From Chloroflexota bacterium (GTDB taxonomy: Bacteria; Chloroflexota; Dehalococcoidia; UBA2979), in contig JAQCIU010000003.1 of the NCBI GenBank assembly GCA_027593235.1, positions 64,001-128,000 on the forward strand: a stretch of DNA of 64,000 nucleotides, written 5' to 3'. Below the pieces are notes generated by a model. The model had not been told where the DNA came from. It saw only the letters and a program-made list of their open reading frames with translations, and did no database searches. Made by a program: the position numbers and the translations under genes. This document shows, piece after piece, positions 41,924 through 50,743 of the stretch (its first letter is position 1; each line of letters starts with the position of its first letter).

Positions 41924-43057
41924 ATGCCCACAACTAACCAGGTAGCCGTCGTCGGGATTGGCGAGACCGACTACTCGCGCGAGTCCGGGCGTAGCGAGCT
42001 GACGCTCTCGCTGCAGGCGATCGCGGCTGCCCTCGAGGATGCCGGGCTTGACGGGCCGCAGGTCGATGGGCTGATGAGCTGGGCGGTCGATACGTCCTCC
42101 GAGGCGACAGTGGCCGAGAACCTGGGCGTACGCGACCTGAAGTGGTTCGGGCAGATCAACCAGGCCGGCAATGTTGGCGCCGCGCTGGTGGCCAGCGCAT
42201 CCGCCGCGATTCGCGCGGGCCTCGCCGAGGTGGTGGTGATCTACCGAGGGGTGAACGGCCGCTCCGGGCGCCGCTACGGCAGCGGCGAGGTGACCGGGCG
42301 ACGCGGCCACGGCGCCGGTGCGTTCAGCGAACCGTTCGGGATGCTGACGCCGCAGCACGGCCTCGCGATGCAGGCGCAACGACGGATGTACGAGACCGGC
42401 ACGACGAGCCGTCAGTTCGGCATGGTCGCCGTGACCGAACGGATGCACGCGAATCGCAACCCGCGCGCGACCTTCCACGACCGCCCGCTGACGATCGAGG
42501 AGCACCAGCAGTCGCGCTTCATCGTCGAGCCGTTTCGGCTCTACGACTGCTGCCTCGAGACCGACGGCGGCGGGGCGATCGTCTTGACCTCGCTGGAGCG
42601 GGCGCGCGATCTGAAGCAGGCGCCGGTGGTGATCCGGGCGGCTGCGCAGCACGCATACGCGGCGGACCGCCAGTACACGGACACTGCGGCGAAGTTCCTG
42701 GCGCCTCGGTTGTGGGCGCAGGCGGGGATCGGGCCGGGCGACATCGACGTGGCGCAGATCTACGACCACTTCGCGCCGTTCGTTGTGTTTGCGCTGGAGG
42801 ACTACGGGTTCGTCGAACGTGGCGACGGTGGGCCGCTGGTGGAATCGGGCGGGATCGCCTGGGACGGCGGCCTGCTGCCGGTGAACACCTCGGGCGGTCA
42901 TCTCTCTGAGGCGTACATGCAGGGGATGAACCAGCTACTGGAGGGCGTGCGCCAGGTGCGAGGCAGCTCGACCGCGCAGGTGAAGGACGTCAACGCGTCG
43001 TTCGTCGATACGGGGATTGGCACCGGCGCGGTGATCTTCGGGCCGGATGCGCGATGA
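41924..43057 (+). CDS. Thiolase-fold lipid-transfer protein (Ltp2-like retro-aldolase)
   Basis: VGIGET, DCCLETDGG, IYDHF, NTSGGHLSEAY; no catalytic thiolase Cys at the usual position. Confidence 0.85.
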   Translation: MPTTNQVAVVGIGETDYSRESGRSELTLSLQAIAAALEDAGLDGPQVDGLMSWAVDTSSEATVAENLGVRDLKWFGQINQAGNVGAALVASASAAIRAGLAEVVVIYRGVNGRSGRRYGSGEVTGRRGHGAGAFSEPFGMLTPQHGLAMQAQRRMYETGTTSRQFGMVAVTERMHANRNPRATFHDRPLTIEEHQQSRFIVEPFRLYDCCLETDGGGAIVLTSLERARDLKQAPVVIRAAAQHAYAADRQYTDTAAKFLAPRLWAQAGIGPGDIDVAQIYDHFAPFVVFALEDYGFVERGDGGPLVESGGIAWDGGLLPVNTSGGHLSEAYMQGMNQLLEGVRQVRGSSTAQVKDVNASFVDTGIGTGAVIFGPDAR

Positions 43058-43512
43058 GCGACTCCGGCGCGAACGACGCGGTCACCTCGGAGGGACCGAA
43101 CATCCTCGGCGAGCGGCTGTTGCCGGTCCCGGAGCCGGAGCATCAGCCGTACTGGGACGCGCTGCGCGCGGGCGAGCTGCGCATCCAGCAGTGCAGCTCG
43201 TGCGATTCGCTCCGGCACTCGCCGCAGCCACTTTGCCCTCGATGCCGCGGCGCGGAGTACACGTGGGCGCGGATGAGCGGCCGCGGCACGGTCTACAGCT
43301 ACGTGGTGACACACCAGGCGACGAACGCGGCGTTCCGCGACCAGACGCCGTTCGCGACCGTGCTCGTCGAACTCGAGGAGGGGCCGCGCCTCTACTCCAA
43401 CCTCGTGGGCGTCGCCCCCGAGGCGATCACGATCGGGATGCCGGTGGAGGTGGTGTTCCACGCGGTCACCGAGGAGATCACACTGCCGCTGTTCCGGCGA
43501 GCGACCTCGTAG
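43054..43512 (+). CDS. DUF35 Zn-ribbon/OB-fold protein
   Basis: CSSC..CPRC, SGRGTVYSY, VELEEGPR; ATGA overlap with the thiolase. Confidence 0.92.
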   Translation: MSDSGANDAVTSEGPNILGERLLPVPEPEHQPYWDALRAGELRIQQCSSCDSLRHSPQPLCPRCRGAEYTWARMSGRGTVYSYVVTHQATNAAFRDQTPFATVLVELEEGPRLYSNLVGVAPEAITIGMPVEVVFHAVTEEITLPLFRRATS

Positions 43513-43695
43513 GGGGTTGGATCGGGCCGGATTGACTGGCCGAACTGACGGCTGGTCCGCGCGAAGCGGGGCGCCCGTGTAATATCGCGACGCGTGGCTC
43601 GTACCGGATGTCGGCTGTTGCCGCCTCGACGAGACCGAGACACAAGAACGACGCAGACCGACGCATGGATACGACGAAGAAGCGGGGGATAGACC

Positions 43696-45360
43696 GTGGC
43701 AATGATCAGCGGACATCAGATCATCGCGAAGGCCCTGAAGACTCAGGGTGTAGAGAACATGTACGGGGTGGTTGGCATCCCGGTCGCCGTGATCGCCTAC
43801 TCGGCGCAGCGCGAGGGCATCAACTACGTCGGCATGCGGCACGAGATGCCGGCGACGTACGCGGCGCAGGCCAGCTCATACCTCAGCGGTCGCATTAGCG
43901 CGGCGCTGGTGGTCTCCGGACCGGGCGCGCTGAACGCGGTTGGCGCGTTCGCGAACGCGTGGTCGAACCGCTGGCCGCTGCTGCTGTTGGGCGGCGCGGG
44001 TGAACAGAGCGGCGTGGACATGGGCTTCTTCCAGGAGTCCGAGCAGGTCGCCGCAATGGCGCCGTACGCGAAGTACGCGAAGCGCGCCGAGAAGATCGAA
44101 CGACTGCCGATTTACATCGCCGAGGCGGTGAAGAAGTCGATCATGGGTGTGCCCGGGCCGTCCTACATCGACCTGCCGGGCGATGTGATCGCCGGCGAGG
44201 TGGACGAGGACCTGGTGCAGTGGGCACCGCGCGTTCCGGATCCGAAGCGGCTGATGTCCGACCCGCAGGACGTGGTCGCGGCGATTGAGGCGCTGAAGAC
44301 GGCCGAGCAGCCGTTGATCATCTTCGGCAAGGGCATCGCGGCTTCGCGTGCCGAGGCGGAGATGCGCCGGTTCGTCGAGGCGACCGGGATCCCGTACCTG
44401 GCGATGCCGATGGCGAAGGGGATCATCCCTGACGACCACGATCAGGCAGCCGCGTCGGCACGTTCATTCGTGCTGTCGAACGCCGACCTGATCTTCCTGG
44501 CCGGCGCGCGGCTGAACTGGATGCTGCACTTCGGCCACGCGCCGCGCTTCCGCAAGGACGTGCGGATCGTTCAACTGGACTTCAACCCCGAGGAGATCGG
44601 GGTGAACGTGCCGTCCGAGGTGGCGCTGATCGGCGACGCGAAGGCGACGCTGGGTCAGATGCTGGACGTGCTGGATCAGAGCCCGTGGCAGTTCCCGCAG
44701 GACTCCGAGTGGCTCCAGTCGGTGAAGGCCGAGGGCCGGCAGAACGCCGAGGCGATCGAGGCGATGTATGCCGATCACTCGACGCCGCTGCAGTACTACC
44801 CGGCACTGAAGTCGATCGACAATGCGCTGCCGAACGATGCGATCATCGTTGCCGAGGGCGCCTCGACGATGGACATCAGCCGCACGGTGCTGAACAACTA
44901 CCTGCCACGGACGCGCCTGGACGCCGGTTCGTACGGCTCGATGGGCCTCGGACATGGCTTCGCGGTTGCCGCGCAGGTGGAGAACCCGGGCCGCAAGGTG
45001 CTCTGTCTGCAGGGCGACGGTGCGTTCGGCTTCGCCGGCACCGAGTGCGAGGTGGCGGTCCGTTACAAGCTGCCGATCGTCTGGGTCGTCTTCAACAACG
45101 GCGGCATCGGCGGTCACACGCAGGAGCAGATCGACAGCGAAATGCCCCCTCCCGGTGCGATGAGCCCGGGCGCCCGCTATGACCTGATGATGGAAGCGCT
45201 GGGCGGCAAGGGTTACCAGGCCGAGACGATCGAGGACCTGGACAAGGCGCTGGCCGAGGCGCTGACGCTGAAGGGCCCGTCGCTGATCAACGTGCCCATC
45301 GCGCACGACGCGAAGCGCAAGCCGCAGAAGTTCGGCTGGCTGACGAGCGCCGCGCACTAG
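43696..45360 (+). CDS. ThDP-dependent 2-hydroxyacyl-CoA lyase / oxalyl-CoA decarboxylase family enzyme
   Basis: YGVVGIPV, RHE, GDGAFGF...NNGG, C-terminal RKPQKFGWL. Confidence 0.88.
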   Translation: MAMISGHQIIAKALKTQGVENMYGVVGIPVAVIAYSAQREGINYVGMRHEMPATYAAQASSYLSGRISAALVVSGPGALNAVGAFANAWSNRWPLLLLGGAGEQSGVDMGFFQESEQVAAMAPYAKYAKRAEKIERLPIYIAEAVKKSIMGVPGPSYIDLPGDVIAGEVDEDLVQWAPRVPDPKRLMSDPQDVVAAIEALKTAEQPLIIFGKGIAASRAEAEMRRFVEATGIPYLAMPMAKGIIPDDHDQAAASARSFVLSNADLIFLAGARLNWMLHFGHAPRFRKDVRIVQLDFNPEEIGVNVPSEVALIGDAKATLGQMLDVLDQSPWQFPQDSEWLQSVKAEGRQNAEAIEAMYADHSTPLQYYPALKSIDNALPNDAIIVAEGASTMDISRTVLNNYLPRTRLDAGSYGSMGLGHGFAVAAQVENPGRKVLCLQGDGAFGFAGTECEVAVRYKLPIVWVVFNNGGIGGHTQEQIDSEMPPPGAMSPGARYDLMMEALGGKGYQAETIEDLDKALAEALTLKGPSLINVPIAHDAKRKPQKFGWLTSAAH

Positions 45361-45390
45361 CGTAGGGCGTACGCGAACTGAATTGAGCAG

Positions 45391-45418
45391 GAACGCGGTG
45401 GGGAGACCCACCGCGTTC
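45391..45418 (+). terminator. Perfect 12-bp hairpin with GNRA loop (terminator or mRNA stabiliser)
   Basis: GAACGCGGTGGG-GAGA-CCCACCGCGTTC; no U-tract. Confidence 0.55.
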
Positions 45419-45460
45419 GCTGTAGGCTCAGAAGGTGCGCAACCCTCGAAAGGTGACCTC

Positions 45461-46666
45461 ATGGACCTGGCCGACGCCCCTACCGAGGCGGCATTCCGAC
45501 AAATCGTCAAAGACTTCATCGCCGAGCACGGCGACAAGGGCCGCGGGCGCGGCGGTCGTGGTGGCGGCGGCGGCGGTGACGAGGAGAGCGGCTGGTCCAA
45601 GGACGCGCGCGCGAAGGGGCAGTCGTGGCGTGAGGCGCTGGTCGGCCGCGGCTGGATCGCCCCGGCATGGCCGAAGGAATACGGCGGCGCCGGCCTCTCC
45701 GTGAAAGAGCAGTTCATCCTCAACGAGGAGCTGGCGGAAGCCGGCCTGAGCAACGTCGGCGGGTTCGGCGTGATGATGCTCGGCCCGACCGTGATGGTGC
45801 ACGGCACCGAGGAACAGAAGGCCGAGATCCTGCCGGCGATCCTCGCCGGCGAGGTGATGTGGTGCCAGGGCTGGTCCGAGCCGGGGGCCGGTTCAGACCT
45901 CGCGTCGCTGCAGACGCGCGCGGCGCGCGACGGCGACGAGTACGTGCTCAACGGCCAGAAGATCTGGACGACCGGCGCGCAGCACGCGGACCGGATGTAC
46001 ATGCTTGCCCGTACCGATCCGGACGCGCCGAAGCACCGCGGCATCTCGATGCTGATGCTGGGGATGCAGGATCCGGGCGTGAGCGTGCGTCCGCTCACGA
46101 CGATGGCGAACACACAGACGTTCAATGAGGTGTTCTTCGAGGACGTGCGCGTGCCGGTCTCGAACCGAATCGGCGAGGAGAACCGCGGCTGGTACGCGGG
46201 GATGACGCTGACGGACTTCGAGCGCTCCGGCATCGGCAACTCGGTCGGCACGCAGCGCGCGCTGCAGGGCACGCTCGCTTACGCGAAGCAGGCACCCGAG
46301 CAGGAGACGATCCTGAAGCGGAGCAGCACCTGGCGCCTCGACTTCGTCGACCGCTGGGTGGAGGCGGATATCGCGCGTCTGTTCTCGCACCTGAACAACA
46401 GCATCCAGGATCGCGGCATGGTGCCGAACCATGAGGCGTCGATGTCGAAGCTGTTCACGACGGAGCTGAGCCAGAAGATCGCACGTACGAACCTCAAGCT
46501 GTTAGGGCTCTACGGGAACGTGTGGGACCGCAATCGCCGCGAGGCGATGAAGGGTCGCGCGGCCGGCGGGTTCCTCGCGGCCGTGTCGGCGACGATCGCG
46601 GGCGGCACCTCGGAGATCCAGCGCAACATCATCGCGACGCGCGGCCTAGGCCTCCCCCGCGGCTAG
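45461..46666 (+). CDS. Acyl-CoA dehydrogenase family protein
   Basis: WPKEYGG, WCQGWSEPGAGSDLA, NGQKIWT, GGTSEIQRN. Confidence 0.93.
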   Translation: MDLADAPTEAAFRQIVKDFIAEHGDKGRGRGGRGGGGGGDEESGWSKDARAKGQSWREALVGRGWIAPAWPKEYGGAGLSVKEQFILNEELAEAGLSNVGGFGVMMLGPTVMVHGTEEQKAEILPAILAGEVMWCQGWSEPGAGSDLASLQTRAARDGDEYVLNGQKIWTTGAQHADRMYMLARTDPDAPKHRGISMLMLGMQDPGVSVRPLTTMANTQTFNEVFFEDVRVPVSNRIGEENRGWYAGMTLTDFERSGIGNSVGTQRALQGTLAYAKQAPEQETILKRSSTWRLDFVDRWVEADIARLFSHLNNSIQDRGMVPNHEASMSKLFTTELSQKIARTNLKLLGLYGNVWDRNRREAMKGRAAGGFLAAVSATIAGGTSEIQRNIIATRGLGLPRG

Positions 46667-46742
46667 GGGTCTTTGACCCCATTTTCTTCCCTTCGGGGTT
46701 GGTTGAGGGTGTTTGGAGGGCCGCCGTGAGGCGGCCTTCTTG
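46663..46742 (+). repeat. Three-hairpin intergenic element, copy 1
   Basis: CTAG-GGGTCTTTGACCCC, CCCTTCGGGG, GAGGGCCGCC-GTGA-GGCGGCCTTC. Confidence 0.65.
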
Positions 46743-46795
46743 CTGTTCGTTCCCAATTCGCGGTTTGAGGTCGGGGGTGTATTGCGTCTGTGGTG

Positions 46796-46823
46796 ATGAT
46801 GCATGCATCATGCAATAATTGCA
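46796..46823. promoter_or_regulatory. Adjacent palindromes upstream of the cupredoxin gene (candidate operator)
   Basis: Perfect 16-bp ATGATGCATGCATCAT plus TGCAAT-A-ATTGCA in an AT-rich patch. Confidence 0.55.
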
Positions 46824-46852
46824 ATGAAAGTGCATGACTTGAGGATGAGTCG

Positions 46853-47581
46853 ATGGACGGCGTGGATTCGGTAAACGCGGCGCGGCAGTGGCGCCTGCTT
46901 GAGGTGTTTGGACTGGCGGCGGTCGGGGTCTCGCTGTTCGCGGTGATGGTGATTAACGCGACGGTCATTCCGCCGGTGCTGATCTTTGGGATCATCTATC
47001 TCGCCCTCGGGTATGCGGTCTACCGCTGGATCGACCGCCCTCGGGTAGCGCTTGCCGCGGCGGTGCTGGGGTTGCTGGGTTTGCTCGGGAATGTGCCGTT
47101 CTTGATCGAGGATCTCGCACACCTCGACTCATGGGGATCGTTCGCTCCCAGCGCGGTGTCGGTGGTCCTCGGCGTGACGGGGATTATCGCGGGGCTGATT
47201 AGCTACTTCTTACCCTCGATGGCTGGCAGCCGTCCGTTCGGCCTCGCGGCCGTGGCGCTTGCGGTGGTCGTGGCGGTGGGGTCGGTCGGCGCGTCGCTGT
47301 CGGCGAGCAGCGATGCCGCCGAGGCGGGCGACGTGGAGGTGCTCGCGAGTGGGGTGGAGTACCCGGAAACGCTGGCGGCGGATGCCGGGCTGATCGCCTT
47401 TCACCTGAGAAACGAAGACCTCGTTCGCCACACCTTCGTCATCGGGACCGCGGACGTGAAGCTCGAGGTTCCGGCCTCGAAGGATCGGCGGGTCGAGGTG
47501 GAGCTTGCCGCCGGCGAGTACCGCTACATCTGCGACGTCCCGGGCCACGAGCGGATGGAAGGCACTCTCACCGTCCGCTAG
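46853..47581 (+). CDS. Multi-pass membrane protein with C-terminal cupredoxin (type 1 Cu) domain
   Basis: About 5 hydrophobic segments; N.D...HTF and YICDVPGHERMEG (His, Cys, His, Met). Confidence 0.85.
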   Translation: MDGVDSVNAARQWRLLEVFGLAAVGVSLFAVMVINATVIPPVLIFGIIYLALGYAVYRWIDRPRVALAAAVLGLLGLLGNVPFLIEDLAHLDSWGSFAPSAVSVVLGVTGIIAGLISYFLPSMAGSRPFGLAAVALAVVVAVGSVGASLSASSDAAEAGDVEVLASGVEYPETLAADAGLIAFHLRNEDLVRHTFVIGTADVKLEVPASKDRRVEVELAAGEYRYICDVPGHERMEGTLTVR

Positions 47582-47700
47582 GGGGTCTTCGACCCTCGAT
47601 GACCCTTCGGGGCTGTTTGAGTGGGCTAGGGGTGCTGGGGCGTGACTGTTGCAGAGGCTGTGGGTGTCTGAGAGGAGGCCGCCCATTGGGCGGCCTCCTG
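47578..47700 (+). repeat. Three-hairpin intergenic element, copy 2
   Basis: CTAG-GGGGTCTTCGACCC, CCCTTCGGGG, AGGAGGCCGCCC-ATT-GGGCGGCCTCCT. Confidence 0.65.
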
Positions 47701-47787
47701 CGTGGCGATGCGGGGCGGGTGCGCGGGAGCGGACGCGGACGCGGACTTGCTATCGTCACCGCCACGAGCGTTCCGAGGAGTACCGCG

Positions 47788-48693
47788 ATGCCCTACCGTC
47801 CGATGCCCGAATACCAGACTGGTCCCGTGGAGCTGGGCGACAACCTGTACGCCTACATGCAGTGGAACGGTGGCTGGGGGATCAGCAACGCGGGGTTCCT
47901 CGTTGATGACGACGGGATTCTGGTGATCGATGCGCTGATGGCGCCGAGCATGACTCGGAAGTTCGTGAGGGCGATGCGGGAGGTGAGCACGGCGCCGTTC
48001 CGGCACCTGGTGAACACGCACATGCACGCGGATCACACGAACGGGAACCAGTTCATCGAAGGCGCCGAGATCGTGGCGAACGAGCATTGCCGCGAGGAAA
48101 TGCAGGCCGCCGAGGTGTTCGCGGCCGCCCAGGCCGCGAAGCGGGCGCCGGGGGATCGCGGGGCGAAGCCGTTCTGGATCCAGGAGTCGTGGTGGGACGA
48201 GCTGGCGGAGGTGAAGTCGACGCTGCCGGTGACGACGTTCTCTGATCGGCTGACCTTGCACTATGGCGACACCGAGGCGCAGCTCTCGCACCACGGGCCG
48301 GCGCACACGCTGGGCGACTCGCTGGTCTACTTCCCCGACTCGAAGACGCTGTTTAGCGGCGACCTGTGCTTCTTCTACGCGACGCCGTTATCACGCGGTC
48401 ACATGCCGAACTGGGTCGAGGTGTGCAAGATCATCGGCGGGATGGACATCGACCGCGTGATCCCGGGGCACGGGCCGATCGGCGGCAAGCAAGAGTTGCA
48501 GGACATGCAGGAGTACCTGGAATTCATGGTCGCGCAGACGCGCGACGCCTTCGAGAACGGGCTCTCCGAGGCCGACGCGGCGAAGTCGATCGACATCGGC
48601 CAGTGGGCACAGTGGCCCGAGGCCGAACGCAAGGAGATGAACATCGCCAACCTGTACGCGACCTTCGCCGCAGAGAGAGCAGGGACCTCGTGA
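47788..48693 (+). CDS. MBL-fold metallo-hydrolase (cyclase-like)
   Basis: SNAG, NTHMHADHTNGN, AHTLGD, SGDL, PGHG; GAGGAG RBS. Confidence 0.9.
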   Translation: MPYRPMPEYQTGPVELGDNLYAYMQWNGGWGISNAGFLVDDDGILVIDALMAPSMTRKFVRAMREVSTAPFRHLVNTHMHADHTNGNQFIEGAEIVANEHCREEMQAAEVFAAAQAAKRAPGDRGAKPFWIQESWWDELAEVKSTLPVTTFSDRLTLHYGDTEAQLSHHGPAHTLGDSLVYFPDSKTLFSGDLCFFYATPLSRGHMPNWVEVCKIIGGMDIDRVIPGHGPIGGKQELQDMQEYLEFMVAQTRDAFENGLSEADAAKSIDIGQWAQWPEAERKEMNIANLYATFAAERAGTS

Positions 48694-49544
48694 CCGCCGA
48701 CGCAACAGTGACGATTGGATTGCTCCACCCCGGGCAGATGGGCTCCTCGATCGGTGCGGCGGCGAAGGCGTCCGCCTCGCGCGTGGTCTGGGTCTCCGAG
48801 GATCGCAGCGCGGCGAGCCGCGAGCGGGCGAAGGCCGATGGGTTCGAGGACGTTTCGTGGCTGAACGGGATGGTCAACCAGAGCCGGATCATCCTGTCGG
48901 TCTGCCCGCCCGAGTTCGCGATTGAGCTGGCCGCCGAGGTGCACGCCCTGGGTTTCCGCGGTGTCTACGTCGACGCCAACGCGATTGCGCCGGAGACGAG
49001 CCGCCACATCGCGGAGATCGTGGCGAAGAACGGTGGGCAGTACGTAGACGGCGGGATCATCGGTTCGCCGGCGCGAGAGCCCGGCACCACGCGGATGTAC
49101 CTCTCCGGCGAGCAGGCGCCGTTCGTCTCGCAGTTCCTCGACAAGGGGAACCTCGAGGTGATCTGCATCGAGGGCGGAGCGGGCGCGGCGTCCGCACTGA
49201 AGATGGCGTACGCGGCTTGGACGAAGGGGACGAGCGCTCTCCTCGCCGACATCCACGCGCTGGCCCTCGCGGAGGGCGTGCACGAGCCGCTGATGGCGGA
49301 GTGGCAGCGCTCCCAGCCCGAATTGCTCGCTCGATCCGACCGAGGGCTCTCCGGGGCTGCGGCGAAGGCGTGGCGGTTCGCCGGCGAGATGGACGAGATT
49401 GCGGCGACGTTCGAAGCGGACGGGTTACCCGGCGGATTCCACCGCGCGGCGGCGGACGTCTATCGACGGCTCGCGCAGTTCAAGGACGATCCGAACGCGC
49501 CGGGCGGGGCCGAGCTGGCGCGGCACCTGTTGCCGCCTCGGTAG
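48690..49544 (+). CDS. NAD(P)-dependent oxidoreductase with DUF1932 domain
   Basis: IGLLHPGQMG, YVDANAIAP, VDGGIIG, ASALKMAYA, KAWRFAGEM. Confidence 0.88.
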   Translation: MTADATVTIGLLHPGQMGSSIGAAAKASASRVVWVSEDRSAASRERAKADGFEDVSWLNGMVNQSRIILSVCPPEFAIELAAEVHALGFRGVYVDANAIAPETSRHIAEIVAKNGGQYVDGGIIGSPAREPGTTRMYLSGEQAPFVSQFLDKGNLEVICIEGGAGAASALKMAYAAWTKGTSALLADIHALALAEGVHEPLMAEWQRSQPELLARSDRGLSGAAAKAWRFAGEMDEIAATFEADGLPGGFHRAAADVYRRLAQFKDDPNAPGGAELARHLLPPR

Positions 49545-49616
49545 CGCGCCGCATGGAAGCGATCGAGTAAGGTTTACGTAAGACAGAGCTACAATGGCGG
49601 GAGTGGAGGTCGCGCG

Positions 49617-50093
49617 ATGTTCGCGACTGCGACTCCTCGGAACTCACGGCGGCGCCCGGTCGGGCGCCCGGCACTCTTGCTTCTCGGAATTGGCGCTCTC
49701 CTCGTAGCTGGCGTGTTCACCACAGCGGCTGCCGCGTACGCGTGGCCGGACGATCCGTGGCCGCCAACGCGCACGACGATCGTCGGCCAGTCGGAGGAGT
49801 TCACACCGGGGACGGTCACCTACCTCGGCGATCTGGGCGTTGTCGGGTACCTCGCACGGCTTGAGGACGGGGAGTTCCTGGCATTCGACCGTCAGGAGCC
49901 GGTGTTCGGCTGCACGCTGGTCTGGGGGCGACCTGGCTCCGCTGGTTTCAGCGATCCCTGTCATGGCTTTGAGTACGACATCAGTGGCGAGCCCGTTGGC
50001 GGCAATCCGATCCTGAAGCCGATGGACCGGTTCGAGGTACACATCGACCGGTACGGCACCATCCGCGTGGTTCAGCCGGTGGAGGCACCGTGA
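49617..50093 (+). CDS. Membrane-anchored Rieske-fold protein 1 (degenerate ligand boxes)
   Basis: RRR + TM + WP; EPVFGC / DPCHG; YDISG...P..KPMDRF; TACAAT -10 and GGAGGT RBS upstream. Confidence 0.8.
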   Translation: MFATATPRNSRRRPVGRPALLLLGIGALLVAGVFTTAAAAYAWPDDPWPPTRTTIVGQSEEFTPGTVTYLGDLGVVGYLARLEDGEFLAFDRQEPVFGCTLVWGRPGSAGFSDPCHGFEYDISGEPVGGNPILKPMDRFEVHIDRYGTIRVVQPVEAP

Positions 50094-50743
50094 GCGCGTG
50101 GTCCCTCGAAGCGAGTCGCGCACCTCGAGGGCTGCGCCCCTTCGTGCTCGCGGGGGCGGGCGCGTTCCTCGTGGTGGTGATCGCGGTGGGGGCGTGGCGC
50201 TTTGTCTCGCCGCCCGACAGCGCGAGCGCGCTGAGTGCGGTTCGCCTGGCACCGGCGAGTGACTTCGCACCGGGGTCGATAACGGCGTACCGGATCACCT
50301 CGGAGGGTGAAATCGCTGCGGTGTTGAGTTCCCGTGCCTATCGGGACACGGTCACTGCATCGGGCGGGCGCCCGACAGGGACGACGCTGTTCTACGTGGT
50401 CCGGTTGCCGGATGGTGACTTCCGGGTGCTCTCCGGGCGAAGCACTCACCTGGGCGGTGCGGTGGTCTGGGATACCACGGGTGTTCCGTGGTCGAACGCC
50501 GCGTATGTCGGTGTGTTCATAGAGCCGGCACACAGCGAACAGTGGACCATCGACGGAACGCGCTTCTATGGTCCCGCGCCGCGCGACCTCGATCGCTACG
50601 AGTGGCAGATCGACGACGGCGGTGTGCTGGTGATCGATCTGAGCGAGGTGGTGCCGGGAGCGCGCGGATCGGTCGCGCCGCCGCTGTATGACGTAAACGA
50701 CCCTGGGTGGCCCACCTCGGGGTGGCCCTCGCGTCTCGACTGA
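50090..50743 (+). CDS. Membrane-anchored Rieske-fold protein 2 (His retained, Cys lost)
   Basis: STHLGG / EPAHS; DGTRFYGPAPRDLDRY. Confidence 0.8.
   Translation: MSAWSLEASRAPRGLRPFVLAGAGAFLVVVIAVGAWRFVSPPDSASALSAVRLAPASDFAPGSITAYRITSEGEIAAVLSSRAYRDTVTASGGRPTGTTLFYVVRLPDGDFRVLSGRSTHLGGAVVWDTTGVPWSNAAYVGVFIEPAHSEQWTIDGTRFYGPAPRDLDRYEWQIDDGGVLVIDLSEVVPGARGSVAPPLYDVNDPGWPTSGWPSRLD

Noticed and set aside
43513-43695. TPP riboswitch upstream of the ThDP enzyme
   Set aside because: The conserved CUGAGA and AGCGU-type elements are not visible.
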